The notes under the pieces: generated by a model
Databases searched by the model: none
Told to the model about the DNA's origin: nothing
Seen by the model: only the letters and a program-made list of their open reading frames with translations
In this document: one piece after another, positions 1-10,736 of the stretch
How positions within the stretch are numbered: the first letter of the stretch is position 1
Layout of the letters: every line of letters starts with the position of its first letter
DNA from: an uncultured Nitrososphaeraceae archaeon
GTDB taxonomy: Archaea > Thermoproteota > Nitrososphaeria > Nitrososphaerales > Nitrososphaeraceae
Length of the DNA stretch: 43,960 bases
Assembly (NCBI GenBank): GCA_963765895.1
Contig: CAVXZB010000068.1
Location: 1 to 43,960 of the forward strand
Direction of reading: 5' to 3'
Program-made: the position numbers and the translations under genes

Positions 1-115
1 ATAAGGCGATTTAATGCCGTCGCCCCGGAATGATTAGTTTTATCAGTATGCCATCTTTTCAAATTAAGAAATCTCCTTCTTTTATTCATCCGTCCAGTAT
101 CCATATTAACAATAA

Positions 116-493
116 TTATTCGCGCCCACCATACATTATTCGGTCTATATGTTCTAAGAGCTCGTCATTTGTTATAGGCTTGCGAATAAAACAGTTGGCA
201 GGAAGTGAAGAAAATATGTCAGAATATGCCCCAGGATACATCTCTCCAGCTGTAAGAAAGCACACTTTCATCTGCTTATCCAGTTTCTTAATCTCTCTAT
301 AAAAAGAAAAACCACTCATTTTTGGCATCTTGATGTCAAGGATTAATAGATCATAGTAATGAGGTTTGAAGTTATCTAAAGCAAGAAGTGGATTCTCATA
401 TGAATCAACGATAAAACCGTTTTTCTCTAGCACCTTGTGTAATACTATGTTAACATCAGGTTCATCATCAACAACGAGAATCCTTTTTGACAT
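116..493 (-). CDS. Stand-alone response regulator receiver (CheY-like) protein
   Basis: MSKRILVVDDEPD...LLILDIKMPKMSG...FLTA...FIRKP: acidic pair, phospho-acceptor Asp, Thr and KP motifs all present; ATG at 493 preferred over the upstream start of the ORF track. Confidence 0.93.
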   Translation of the reverse strand: MSKRILVVDDEPDVNIVLHKVLEKNGFIVDSYENPLLALDNFKPHYYDLLILDIKMPKMSGFSFYREIKKLDKQMKVCFLTAGEMYPGAYSDIFSSLPANCFIRKPITNDELLEHIDRIMYGGRE

Positions 494-825
494 TTCTATG
501 ACCTGTCTATATATGCAAAGCATTTTTGACTAGTCATATAACTTGCAAGGTATGAAATGCCAGAATAGATTTCTACAATCCCAGTCTCAATACACATTAA
601 ATATTGGAGCATAAGACTAAATATACAGGATATCTATTTTTACATTAATATACAATAATATAGACAAATAATAAACATGGTTCAATTACCACAAGAATAT
701 AAATTCTCGCGGCTGTGATATTTGATAAAGTTAAATCGAAGGTTGGAATTCATTTGTTGTGTTCACTAGTGAAATTCACTTTGGCAAACATCGTCATAGC
801 ACTAGGTGTGAGTGTTATTACTACA

Positions 826-1351
826 CTAATCTAATTCTGCTGATAATCTTTGAATTAAATATTTTATTGATACTGGCTTTTCGATAAACATCCCAAACTT
901 ACATTAGGATATACTTCTCTTAGAGCTTAACATTTACTTCTGATGCAGACATAAAACATACTCTAATGTTAACATCTAATTCAATATTTTTCGTATACCT
1001 GATAACCATTCAGTGTGGCATATAAATATCGGTTAGAAGAAATCATAAAAATGTGGTTTGAATTCTTTTACTACCAATATGGGATTATTATATGAGTATA
1101 CTTCAAATCTTCTCCTCTTGTCACCATCGCCGTAATTATAACCATCTAAACCAGCTTTGAAAGTTAATGTAACATCAGGATCATCATCTACGAGAAGTAT
1201 CCTTTTGATAAATGGCGGTTTTGGAGATACTTTTGCTTCCGTTTCTGTGATGCTAACAAGTTTGATCCCTGATTTTGTGGGTAATTAGGATCAATGAGTG
1301 AGGGAGATGAAGACTCGGGAAGATAGTGTTGATCTCGGAGGCGATCACCAT
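826..1351 (-). pseudogene. Frameshifted stand-alone receiver-domain gene (absent from ORF track)
   Basis: Manual translation across about four 1-nt deletions: KRILLVDDDPDVTLTFKAGL...RFEVYSYNNP...LLTDIYMP / LNGYQVYEKIL / ELDVNIRVCFMSASE / ALREVYPNVSLGC / FIEKPVSIKYLIQRLSAELD*; paralogue of 21431-21907; start uncertain. Confidence 0.85.
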
Positions 1352-1712
1352 TGTTACTATAAGAATGATAAAATGAACTAATCCCATCATCTACATTTGG
1401 AAAGTATAATGGTTTTTAGCTCGGGTAAGCAATATCATTTAACTTTTCTGTCACCATCTTAATATAACTTTCTTATGTTTAGTCGCTAAAGTTATGTTAG
1501 TCAGTGACAATTATACACGTTTTAGTCTATAGGCCTGAATCTTTTATTGTGTTGTAGGCAATAATAGATCAAGGTCAAATGTAATATCGTATTGGCAGAA
1601 ACTACGACTATGTCAAGACTCCGGAGTATATCCTTGCTGGCCAAAGTCACCTTCAAACCAAAATAAAATAAATCGTGGGCAGAACACACATCTGAAGTCC
1701 AAACCACTCTAT

Positions 1713-2420
1713 TTATTGTGCAATTATCTTATATGTGACATCTTGGGCATAATTGGTATCTGGGTTAGATGGGTCAATTAGACTAGATTTGAAATGAATC
1801 GGGTATGTGCCCTTTGCAAGCGGTTCAGTTATTATATAACGACCATCGGCTACAGCTTTAGATACACCGCCTTTCAGAACACCAAAGATTCCATTGTCAG
1901 GAAAGACTACATCAAAGGCATCCGTGTGAGTTCTATACTTGTCAAGGTCTTGGAAGTTATACACCTTATCGCCTATCTTAAGATACAAACTATTAACGTG
2001 ATCTTGGTCACTCTTTGCAGAGTTAGACAAATCAGCTACTGATGCCTTCGGAAGCTCCTTATCAGAAGATTCCATCGGCATTACTGGTATAAAGAGGCCC
2101 TTTCCAGCGGACACTTTACATACTCTTTGCGATGTGCCTCCATTATTAGGAGCCAAGTAAAAGATCGGTGAATTTGTATTTTCCTGACCTGTAGCACACT
2201 TCACCCCTGTAGGATCGTTAACAGGATTTTCATTGGCTGGAATCTTTAGTGCCCATTTCCAGAAGTTTTCAATGTGATCTGCATATGTTAAACCATATGG
2301 TTTCCCACCTGGAGGAAAAATATTTACAGTATCCAAAGCTGCAACTGGTGTCAATATTGTAGAAAAGAGCAAAAGAGACAAAACAGATGTTGTAACAAAT
2401 GAAAATATTACCTTATTCAA
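1713..2420 (-). CDS. Secreted uncharacterised protein (PYG..Y..W.W motif family), copy 1
   Basis: N-terminal signal peptide (..LTPVAA|); PYGLTYADHIENFWKW..P...DPTG..C..., C-terminal ADGRYIITEPL..G; homologous to 19375-20051. Confidence 0.85.
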   Translation of the reverse strand: MNKVIFSFVTTSVLSLLLFSTILTPVAALDTVNIFPPGGKPYGLTYADHIENFWKWALKIPANENPVNDPTGVKCATGQENTNSPIFYLAPNNGGTSQRVCKVSAGKGLFIPVMPMESSDKELPKASVADLSNSAKSDQDHVNSLYLKIGDKVYNFQDLDKYRTHTDAFDVVFPDNGIFGVLKGGVSKAVADGRYIITEPLAKGTYPIHFKSSLIDPSNPDTNYAQDVTYKIIAQ

Positions 2421-2498
2421 GATATCATCTTAGTCAATTGTCTAATACAAAAGGATTATGTTGGGCTTTAAATCTATGTTGAAAGAGCATTATCAAAC

Positions 2499-3856
2499 TT
2501 GCAGATTCAACATGTAAAGTCATTTAGCCGTAAGAAATTTCATATTCTTATGATTGTTCTTATAGCTACTGTATTAATCGATACTTCAGTTGTCAAGATA
2601 AACGATCTTGTTGATAAATTCTTTATTCCAATGCAGAGCAAGTTGATATTATTTGCTGTTAACAGTTCGCTGATCTTGATTTACAATACTTTTTAATAAA
2701 TTATGTCGAAAACTCATTTGCAAGTAACCAGTTAAAAAAGTCATTCAAAAGTCAAAGTTTTCTATATAGTTTTCAAGCTTCGCTAGGTTTATTGGCTGCT
2801 CTGATAGGGGCATCAATATTCCAGATGTTCTATTATTCTTACTACTACACGTCTACAAGTATCTCCATAATTTTATTAAGTTATGGAATTGCTGCAGCTC
2901 TCATAATATTCTTGTCATTGTCATTCTTTTCCTGGTATAAATCCAACCATAGTCGAATAGTCTTGTTGTATTTTATAGCGATGTTAGGGATCGCTTTTAA
3001 TTTAGTTATGACAGCAGCTTTTATAGCAGTCAAGGTAAACGATAGACCAAATCCGGCTACGGAATATGTTGGAAGTTCTGCAGATATATCTGGTGGTAAA
3101 CATCAATCATTAGAGAATGTCTACAGAATTTCTTCATTTGTAGCATTTTTCAGTATATGGATTACAACAGCGATTTTGATGAACTCTTACAGGGAGAAAT
3201 TAGTTAATGCTATAGTGTATTGGGTTATATTGTCTACACCACTTGTTTACTTTTTGATAACATTTTTCTATCAGTTTTTCTTAGCCAATTTTTTAAGTTC
3301 TTACCTCGCAGTCGATCCAGTAACTGTTTCCATAGTGATAGCCGCACTTATATCGCTAAGCAAACCCATTGGAGGATTGCTTTTTGGAGTAGCATTTTGG
3401 AAGATATCTAGAATAGTAAGCTATGAAAGAAATATTAGAGCATACATGTTTATTTCTGGATGGGGTATATTTTTAATATTTAGCGCAAATCAGGCAGTGT
3501 CGCAAATTATTGCACCTTATCCTCCTTTCGGAATTGCGACTATAACTGTATTAGTTATGGCATCATTTTTGATGCTGCTAGGAATTTACAATTCAGCAAT
3601 ACTCGTGTCTGCGAATAATGAATTGCGCAAATCTATATACAAACACGCTGTTGAATCAAGGCTGTTGCGCTTAATAGGACATGCAGAGATGGAGAGTGAA
3701 ATTGAAAAAACCGTCAGTAAAATTTCAAAGGATAAAAATCTGTTGGAGATTGATGCGGAGCAACAACGACTGCTAGAAATAGATGAAAAGGGTTTGAAAA
3801 AATACCTAGACTTGGTAATAAGAGAAGTGAAGAAAGTGGATAAAGACGATCAGTAA
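2499..3856 (+). CDS. Multi-pass (~10-11 TM) membrane protein with PPFG motif and cytoplasmic helical tail, copy 1; frameshift near 2678
   Basis: ORFs 2499-2696 and 2792-3856 join through LQYFLINYVENS... after a single frame change; aligns with the intact paralogue 17864-19210 (PIGG.LFG.AF, ISG.G, P.PPFG, GIY.SAI.VS...LR.SI, AEM). Confidence 0.85.
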
Positions 3857-4077
3857 ACGATTTCGGCCGACTATGGATACACGATTTTCATTTCATTAAT
3901 AGTAACAACAAGTTCTGGAATTCCATACTTTGAATTGGTGATCTCAAATAGGCGATATCAAAAATATTATAGACTAAATGAAATTCTGCAATCTCTATAT
4001 TCCCTATATTCTCTAGATGTCAATCATAAATCTTTAGCGAAATATTAATGACACATAAATGAATGAAATCAAATATA

Positions 4078-4866
4078 TTAATAAAATCTTAATTCTTCCA
4101 ATTTTATCTTACCTGTAAGATTCATAAAATAATCCACAATTTTACCCCTGTTATCTTTCTGTAATTGGTCGAATTTAGACGTATCATCAAATGTCTCTTT
4201 ATCAGACAATATGTAATCAAGTCCTTGTTCCAGCACCATATCAAACATTTCTCGATTTGTTAACGCTTGATACAGATCAAGTTTATTTTTTATTTGACAA
4301 GCAGAAGTCTCTTTTCGAGCTACGGCTAATGCAATCTCTACTGCAAAAGCCATTTCAGCCAAGTCAAACAGATCATTAACATCAAATCTTGCATTAGATG
4401 GTTTTCCTTTTTTACAATCATAAGGACATTCAAATCTGTTTGCTATACGACATGGATATTCTGGTAAGGTATTAACATCTTTATTTTCTAGTCTTTTGGC
4501 AACTAATCTATTAATACCAATGAATATTGGGTCGTCTCCATCAGGACTTAACAAGCAATGAAAACACTTTGTCTTACCATAATTTGGATTCCTTCTATAT
4601 TCCATCAAGTCCAAATAATCAGAATGCCATTTCCTTGTTTGTTCATCACTACTTTTCAGTTCACTATCTGGTATAAACGTCTGAATATTGTCGAAATCAT
4701 CGGGAAAATATTGTAGCGCGTAGGGTGTTCCTCTAAATTGAATCCAATCATTTAATGGAATTATTTCTTTACCTCTCCAGTGGTTTGAATCATTGCCATC
4801 GCCATTAGTAGAATCTAATCTTTCAATCCTTTTAGAGAGATTATTGATTGATCTCTCTAGATTCAA
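4078..4866 (-). CDS. Hypothetical protein with CxxC...C...C putative metal site
   Basis: 262-aa ORF overlapping the upstream HTH gene; KCFHCL...YPC...FECPY. Confidence 0.75.
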   Translation of the reverse strand: MNLERSINNLSKRIERLDSTNGDGNDSNHWRGKEIIPLNDWIQFRGTPYALQYFPDDFDNIQTFIPDSELKSSDEQTRKWHSDYLDLMEYRRNPNYGKTKCFHCLLSPDGDDPIFIGINRLVAKRLENKDVNTLPEYPCRIANRFECPYDCKKGKPSNARFDVNDLFDLAEMAFAVEIALAVARKETSACQIKNKLDLYQALTNREMFDMVLEQGLDYILSDKETFDDTSKFDQLQKDNRGKIVDYFMNLTGKIKLEELRFY

Positions 4867-5263
4867 TATTTTCTAATCTCTCCTCTAATGACTTTATGTG
4901 CATAATTGATGGGCCTTCCTTAAACAAAGCAAATTTGGCTTCATTGCACTCTCTTATTACTTTTAAAGCTAAAAGTTTGTCTTTTGGTGTTAGGTTGCTA
5001 TTATTGTTCTGACCTTTGAATATCTCCCAGCCTTTCCTTCTAACCTCTTCTATTCCATCGATACATTGTTTGTAATAATATGCTAAATCAGACTTTGCTA
5101 GATCAAATACGAATCGCTGAGATATTAGTTTGAGCGCTTTCACATCTCTGCTTATTGTTGATTGGTCTGCTTTAAGTTCAAGTGCTATCTCGGTTTCGTT
5201 CATTGACTGGGCTAGCAGAGTTGCAACTTTTCGTCTCCTTTGTTCGATCTCGTATTTATGCAA
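4841..5263 (-). CDS. Helix-turn-helix DNA-binding protein
   Basis: RRRKVATLLAQSMNETEIALELKADQSTISRDVKAL is a typical HTH; helical C-terminus. Confidence 0.85.
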   Translation of the reverse strand: MHKYEIEQRRRKVATLLAQSMNETEIALELKADQSTISRDVKALKLISQRFVFDLAKSDLAYYYKQCIDGIEEVRRKGWEIFKGQNNNSNLTPKDKLLALKVIRECNEAKFALFKEGPSIMHIKSLEERLENIESREINQ

Positions 5264-5461
5264 CCCTTATCTCAAGTAATGCATTAATCTCCTCTTAAAG
5301 TTTAGCTCTATGCATTTTCAAATACTATACGTCAATCAACATTGATCGAATAGCTTGGAATAATGGTAATAGATTCAAAAACATGTAAGTTAAGTAGTAG
5401 TTGTAGTTGACAAATCTCTACTAAAAACAAACCTTTTGGTTAGATGATTCGCATTGCACAC

Positions 5462-5857
5462 ATGAAATGCTTATCACTAAAACAACCATATGCCGAACTT
5501 TTGGTATTAGGAAAAAGGACTATAGAACTGAGAAATTGGAATACGACATTTAGAGGAAAATTCCCGATACATGCTTCAAAAAATGTCGATAAAGAAAGAT
5601 TGAAATCTTTAGGTATCAATTATAAGATGCTCACACATGGGACAATTATAGGGACGGCATTATTATATAATGTCAAACAGTATAAAAGCAAAGCAGAACT
5701 TGAAAAAGACAAAAATAAACATTATACGAATATAAAGAAATTTGGTTTTTGTGAGTATGGATTCATGGTGAAAAATGCACACAGATTTCGAAGTCCGACT
5801 CCGTATCGTGGTAGGTTGAAATTCTTCGAAGTTGAGAATCTTGTTAATTTTAGATAA
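5462..5857 (+). CDS. ASCH domain protein
   Basis: CLSLKQPYAELLVLGKRTIELRNWNT.FRG...IHAS and the C-terminal YRG.L.FF match the ASCH signature; alternative ATG at 5444. Confidence 0.9.
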   Translation: MKCLSLKQPYAELLVLGKRTIELRNWNTTFRGKFPIHASKNVDKERLKSLGINYKMLTHGTIIGTALLYNVKQYKSKAELEKDKNKHYTNIKKFGFCEYGFMVKNAHRFRSPTPYRGRLKFFEVENLVNFR

Positions 5858-6031
5858 GTCATATAATTGTAGTTATTCTAGTATCAATAATCTTATTAAT
5901 TAATTTTTTTACTTTGAGCTTATTAGAAAATCCTTGGGATAATAGGCAAGATAACCAGGGAATCCCTACTGATAATTTTGTTCTGTATTATTGTTAGAGA
6001 ATCCGGTTAATTTACTATATAGAGTTAGGGG

Positions 6032-8782
6032 TCATAAATAATTAAAATTATTTTCTTTCTGTTTTTGTATAACTTGAAGGGAATACATTAGCAAGTTCTT
6101 TGTAATTGCTGTTGTATGGCTATAATCATACTTTTCGACAAAGCAAGTTTCAGGGTTATTCAAATATTTATCAATCAAATGGTCTACAGAGATCTCTCCA
6201 CCATCTATATCAACCAATTTATAACAAGACTTTTTTTTGAAAATACTACCCCCCTCTTCTATATAATATTTTGACAATATTCTAAATTGTTTCTTCAAAA
6301 AGTTCTTACTAGGAAATATACCAGGATCTGATACCTTTAACCTAAGATCTTTGTTATCGTCAAACATTGAAAAGAGATTTCCTTCTTCATCGACAGGATA
6401 GTAGATATTCTGTCTACCATCTATCTCACTTTTGACCTTGTTTATTATACCTTGATTAATTAGTGGATAGAGAAACTTGTAAAGAATTGCTTGGCTACTT
6501 GGTTTTGAAACATTGAAGAATTGCTTGGTTTTCTCTGCTAACTGCTCTGTTGTAAGTCCAGGACGTTTTTCCTGCGCTAACACATTCCCGTTTTCATCTT
6601 TATCTACATTAGGATACCCATCAAGTTCTTTATATGCAATCGTAAACCCATTATTGAACCAGTCTGCTATATACGGCCTAATACCGCTAGCACCTATTTC
6701 CATTAGTTTTAATGTTTCCTTTAGATCATCAAATGTTGATATCGGATAAAATTTCCCATTATCTTCATTTACTAACTTGGGTCTACTGTCCATATTTGCT
6801 TTTGTTATAATTGAAAGATATTTCATCATCCTCTCAGTCACAGTCATATTCCATACCTGATTATTTGGAATGGAATCTACTATTGCCGCTTCAAATGGTA
6901 TTTTAACTCCTGATTGCTTTGGTTCAAAATGTTTGCTATGTTGTTTTAGTTTTGCTGTTAGAATTCGTATTATTTGCTTGGCCTTCTCCTTGTCATCTCT
7001 GCTAACTACAACTTCATCGTATTCTTCCTCAAGAGAGCCAAATTTATGGCCAATCAATCTTTTTGCTTCTTGTATCTTCTTCTCACTCGTATCTGGGGTT
7101 ACATGAATAAACCTTCTATTCTTTTCTTCAAAACGTGCTCCTTGTGTATCATCTATTACCCGTGTGCTAAACAATACAGGCATACCTCTCAAAATGTTAT
7201 TTTTTGTTCCCAATTTACCGGAGCCTGATTTCTCAACGTAAGAATATTTTTGGTCTTTAGCCGTATCCTGTGACATTAGACTCATTAACGCATCAAATAG
7301 CGAGTCCTGGGGAGTGTCTAGGCAAAGAATTATCTGGTTATTCAAGTCAATCAGTTTTTCTTCGCAAGATCGAATATACTTGATTTCAGATTCGATTTCC
7401 ATAATCTTATTCTTATTTTCTTTGATTAGATGTTTATTCCTTTCAACTGACTCTTTATCTTTTTCTGTGTTAATCTGTTCTTCTAATTCTTCAATCTTGC
7501 ACTCGAGGTTTTTTACGATGGGATCCGCAGGTTCAAGTTGCCCTGTTTCTTTGTTTTGTATTACCATTATTCCGTCCCTATGAAAAATCGCCTTATCAGA
7601 CATTCCAGATAGTATTATTACATACCTTTCTGGAAAATAACTAACTACTAGAACCAAAAGATAGGACTTGCCGGCTCCAGGATCCTTAGAATTAACGTTA
7701 TGTGGTATGGGAATTTTAGTAAATGCGCTACACATTCCGTAAAGTAATTGTTTTATGGATACTTCATCATATGGTGCTTCTTTTTTGATTGTATTAATGA
7801 CAAAATTGATATCTTGTTCTGTGAGCCGATTCTCTGTCGCAAGTTGTTCCTCTTCTTCCTCTCCTTCACCTGCTCCCCTATAATGATAATCTGTTGTTGC
7901 CGGCGATCCTTCTTCCTTTCTCTTTTTTGTAGAGTAAGTGACTGCATCTTTCCAAATTAAGTCTAGTTCTATTGCTGGGAGCGGTGGTTTGCATCTGTTA
8001 TTATTGATATCTACAAACCTAGATCTTAGTTCCTGTTCTTCTATCTTGCCATTTCCACCATATCGGAACAAAATGCTATTTGCGATACTGATCATTGAAT
8101 CATGTCTTTCCCCTTGGTAGATTTTTGCATCAGAGTCTAACAGATTTCTGTAATGTCTTTCTAAATATTCAATTCCATGTTTTTTGCATATTGTATCTAT
8201 ATGCTGCTTAAACTCTTTTGCCTGCTCTTGTGTTAGAACTATGGGTTCAGTTGTGCCCATAATCTCATATTGTTGTCCATTTCTATGAGATGAGTATGCA
8301 CAACATGCTATTCCATGTTCTCCCAATCCCTTAACCTCAAGCCCCAAGACTGAATCAGAATTTTTCTTTGGAAATGGTAATGGTGAGTAAAAATAGATGT
8401 GAGCCTTTTCTAGATTATCTTTATGCTGCTCTACTAGCAACTTCTGCGACATTTCTTGTAGTGTGGTCTTGTTTCCATTTCTTGAACACAGTTCATCTAT
8501 CGCTATTAATTTATCTGCATCCAAGAATGTGAAGTATAACCCTAGTTTATCCGCTCTATGCCAAACCTTACCTGGAATTATTGCAATCCCTTTAGAAAAC
8601 ATTCCTCGCTCTTTCCATGGTCTGTGAATCTCTTCAGGTATTGGCTTATTCTGCCATTCTTCCCAAGGAATTAATGGTCTCTTATTTCTTGTATCTGCTG
8701 GAATTACATTAACTCCAATGTCATTACGCCAATAATCAGCAAATCTATTTATCTGATCTAATTTTAGATTCTGAACTGTCAT
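6032..8782 (-). CDS. Replication protein: bifunctional primase-polymerase (Prim-Pol) + PriCT + P-loop helicase-like domain + C-terminal wHTH
   Basis: GVNVIPAD..NKRP...W, FLDAD, AHIYF (Prim-Pol); GERHDSM...NNRCKPPL...EL..IW (PriCT-1); GAGKS Walker A; NRRF putative Arg finger; LTTEQLAEK...LINQGII wHTH. Confidence 0.88.
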   Translation of the reverse strand: MTVQNLKLDQINRFADYWRNDIGVNVIPADTRNKRPLIPWEEWQNKPIPEEIHRPWKERGMFSKGIAIIPGKVWHRADKLGLYFTFLDADKLIAIDELCSRNGNKTTLQEMSQKLLVEQHKDNLEKAHIYFYSPLPFPKKNSDSVLGLEVKGLGEHGIACCAYSSHRNGQQYEIMGTTEPIVLTQEQAKEFKQHIDTICKKHGIEYLERHYRNLLDSDAKIYQGERHDSMISIANSILFRYGGNGKIEEQELRSRFVDINNNRCKPPLPAIELDLIWKDAVTYSTKKRKEEGSPATTDYHYRGAGEGEEEEEQLATENRLTEQDINFVINTIKKEAPYDEVSIKQLLYGMCSAFTKIPIPHNVNSKDPGAGKSYLLVLVVSYFPERYVIILSGMSDKAIFHRDGIMVIQNKETGQLEPADPIVKNLECKIEELEEQINTEKDKESVERNKHLIKENKNKIMEIESEIKYIRSCEEKLIDLNNQIILCLDTPQDSLFDALMSLMSQDTAKDQKYSYVEKSGSGKLGTKNNILRGMPVLFSTRVIDDTQGARFEEKNRRFIHVTPDTSEKKIQEAKRLIGHKFGSLEEEYDEVVVSRDDKEKAKQIIRILTAKLKQHSKHFEPKQSGVKIPFEAAIVDSIPNNQVWNMTVTERMMKYLSIITKANMDSRPKLVNEDNGKFYPISTFDDLKETLKLMEIGASGIRPYIADWFNNGFTIAYKELDGYPNVDKDENGNVLAQEKRPGLTTEQLAEKTKQFFNVSKPSSQAILYKFLYPLINQGIINKVKSEIDGRQNIYYPVDEEGNLFSMFDDNKDLRLKVSDPGIFPSKNFLKKQFRILSKYYIEEGGSIFKKKSCYKLVDIDGGEISVDHLIDKYLNNPETCFVEKYDYSHTTAITKNLLMYSLQVIQKQKENNFNYL

Positions 8783-8790
8783 ACTTCAAG

Positions 8791-8934
8791 TCAGGCCTTC
8801 TGAATAAGACAATGATTGCATCTAGTGCATTGGCAAACAATTCTATGATGAATTTCTGAATTTATCCAACTACCAGGGCATTCTTGACAATCGGGTATGC
8901 ACTCTTCTATAACAAGGTCAGGTATGGACTGCAA
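8791..8934 (-). CDS. Small Cys/His-rich putative Zn-binding protein (47 aa, TTG start, below ORF-track cut-off)
   Basis: MQSIPDLVIEECIPDCQECPGSWINSEIHHRIVCQCTRCNHCLIQKA*, stopping 8 nt before the Prim-Pol ATG; pattern resembles 40506-40730. Confidence 0.7.
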   Translation of the reverse strand: MQSIPDLVIEECIPDCQECPGSWINSEIHHRIVCQCTRCNHCLIQKA

Positions 8935-9067
8935 GTTAGTTGGATGTCTCCTTACAATTTGTCTGCTTCACGTTCGGCTGTTTTTCTTGATAGGCCCTCT
9001 CGATTATTCGTAGAAGATACCGACTCCTACTTATATCCCCTCGATCTTTTTCTATCTTTTGCGCTAG

Positions 9068-9127
9068 TCCGACTGGTAATGAGAGACCAGACGGAACATA
9101 TCTTTTCACAAGTGAATAGTTTCACTT
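9068..9127. promoter_or_regulatory. Inverted repeats in the divergent promoter region of element A
   Basis: TCCGACTGGT-N8-ACCAGACGGA (10-bp stem, 1 mismatch) and AAGTGAA-TAGT-TTCACTT next to TTTATAA. Confidence 0.4.
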
Positions 9128-9181
9128 TTATAATATTTTAATAATGAGTCTGACCAAAATTGTGAAGGATCAATAGCTAAA

Positions 9182-10432
9182 ATGAGCATAAATGCCCGCA
9201 AAAACAAGTTAAAGGGATTTAATTTTAACAGATATGCCAATATAGATCTGACCAATCGTGGCTACGTCAAACTTCTACATTTTATACTAAAATCAAAGAA
9301 GCCATTGACATCTTATCAAATACAGCATGGCTTGGGAGAATCTAAATATGTTATTGAAATGCTTAATAACTTATTCACAGCGTCTAGTAGCTCGCAGCCT
9401 CTATTTACTTGGGAAAAAATATACAGGAAAGACTATGAGATCAATGAAGACAAGAACCTAAAGAAGAGATTATACAGACTCTTAAACACAATTTACAAAT
9501 TAGATTGGTTTGAGGAAGCGGATGATCGCTTATACGATCATCTGTTTCTATCAAAGCGTGCCAAAATTATTACTTTATCTTATGACAAAACAAAGAGACT
9601 TAAAATCAGTCTTCCTAAGAATAAAGACATAGAAGAAAATAAAGAAGACAACGAAGTAATCATAAAAATTCGTGAACCCAAAATTCGCCATCATCGTTCT
9701 TATATTTGCCATCATTCTTACATTCTCAATGCAATTAGAAAAAAAGATGGACTTCATGTATATGCAGAAGTATACTATAATCCTAGGGCGGTGCACAAAT
9801 ATCTAGATGTAGAATATGGCCCAGAAGTAAATAGATTAGATCCAAAAGCAAAGAAACTATACACCGGGAATTTTCGAGGATTTTTGTTATACCTTGCAGG
9901 TGAATATAGACACGGATGGTCACAATCTGGAAAAGAAAGAATACGCGAAGTTATTTCTAATTCGAGTCTAACTAAAAAAATTCCTTTTCTAAAATACTGG
10001 AAGGATTTTGAATATGTTGGATTTGATGTATTAGATATATTAATGGAGATTATTATTGATTTTAATAAGATTATAACTCGACACTACCAGAATTACAGTC
10101 ACGATTATAATACCTATGAAGATGATGATTCGCCTATTGTTGGTATGAATGCCAAGAATACATCAGACGACAATCTTAAATTAATACTAACTGAACGATA
10201 TCGTTGGGCAGTGTTATCTTATTTTGCAGACTTCGAAAATCCTACTATTCTATCTTCTACTATATTATCTAAACAATATTCCAACTATAAAAATTTGAAA
10301 ATTGAAGATAAACTAAATGAATATAATCTCGAAATGCTAAAGAACCAACGAAATCTATTGAGTCGCCGACTAGACAGAATCGATGTGGAAATCAATATAG
10401 GACATCCACTTTATCCACTTCCATTTTTATAA
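9182..10432 (+). CDS. Hypothetical protein (possible N-terminal wHTH), element A
   Basis: 416-aa intact ORF; LLHFILKSKKPLTSYQIQHGL resembles the start of a wHTH. Confidence 0.75.
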   Translation: MSINARKNKLKGFNFNRYANIDLTNRGYVKLLHFILKSKKPLTSYQIQHGLGESKYVIEMLNNLFTASSSSQPLFTWEKIYRKDYEINEDKNLKKRLYRLLNTIYKLDWFEEADDRLYDHLFLSKRAKIITLSYDKTKRLKISLPKNKDIEENKEDNEVIIKIREPKIRHHRSYICHHSYILNAIRKKDGLHVYAEVYYNPRAVHKYLDVEYGPEVNRLDPKAKKLYTGNFRGFLLYLAGEYRHGWSQSGKERIREVISNSSLTKKIPFLKYWKDFEYVGFDVLDILMEIIIDFNKIITRHYQNYSHDYNTYEDDDSPIVGMNAKNTSDDNLKLILTERYRWAVLSYFADFENPTILSSTILSKQYSNYKNLKIEDKLNEYNLEMLKNQRNLLSRRLDRIDVEINIGHPLYPLPFL

Positions 10433-10736
10433 ATCGCGCAGGTTGTCAACGCTAAATCATATAAAATATTCTTTCGCTTTTCCGACTGTAAACGACTATT
10501 TATCGTGAGAACTCATTAAATTGCTGTTGTATAATTATTCACCATAGCTTTATACATATGCTTGTTCTTGGTAGGCTCATTTCCTACCAATACTTTATTT
10601 GCTAGGGGATTTTTGCAACTCTTCAGCGAACAAGTCAGCCATCTTCAGCAGGGATATTAACAGATCAGTTTGAAATATGAGAATAGGATATTCTCAATAC
10701 AATTACGTTTAAGTAATTAGTTGTATCTTTGTAAGT

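Noticed and set aside
769-834. Short ORF MKFTLANIVIALGVSVITTLI* as the peptide precursor of module copy 1
   Set aside because: Signal-peptide-like but has no AxA site or mature tail and overlaps the end of the receiver pseudogene; at best a fragment
1522-1707. 61-aa ORF downstream of the secreted gene
   Set aside because: No recognisable motif; weak start
6513-8120. Several ORFs overlapping the Prim-Pol gene
   Set aside because: Antisense or alternate-frame shadows of a well-supported gene; the same applies to shadows over the TrxR-like, SDR, ADH, tyrosinase and integrase genes
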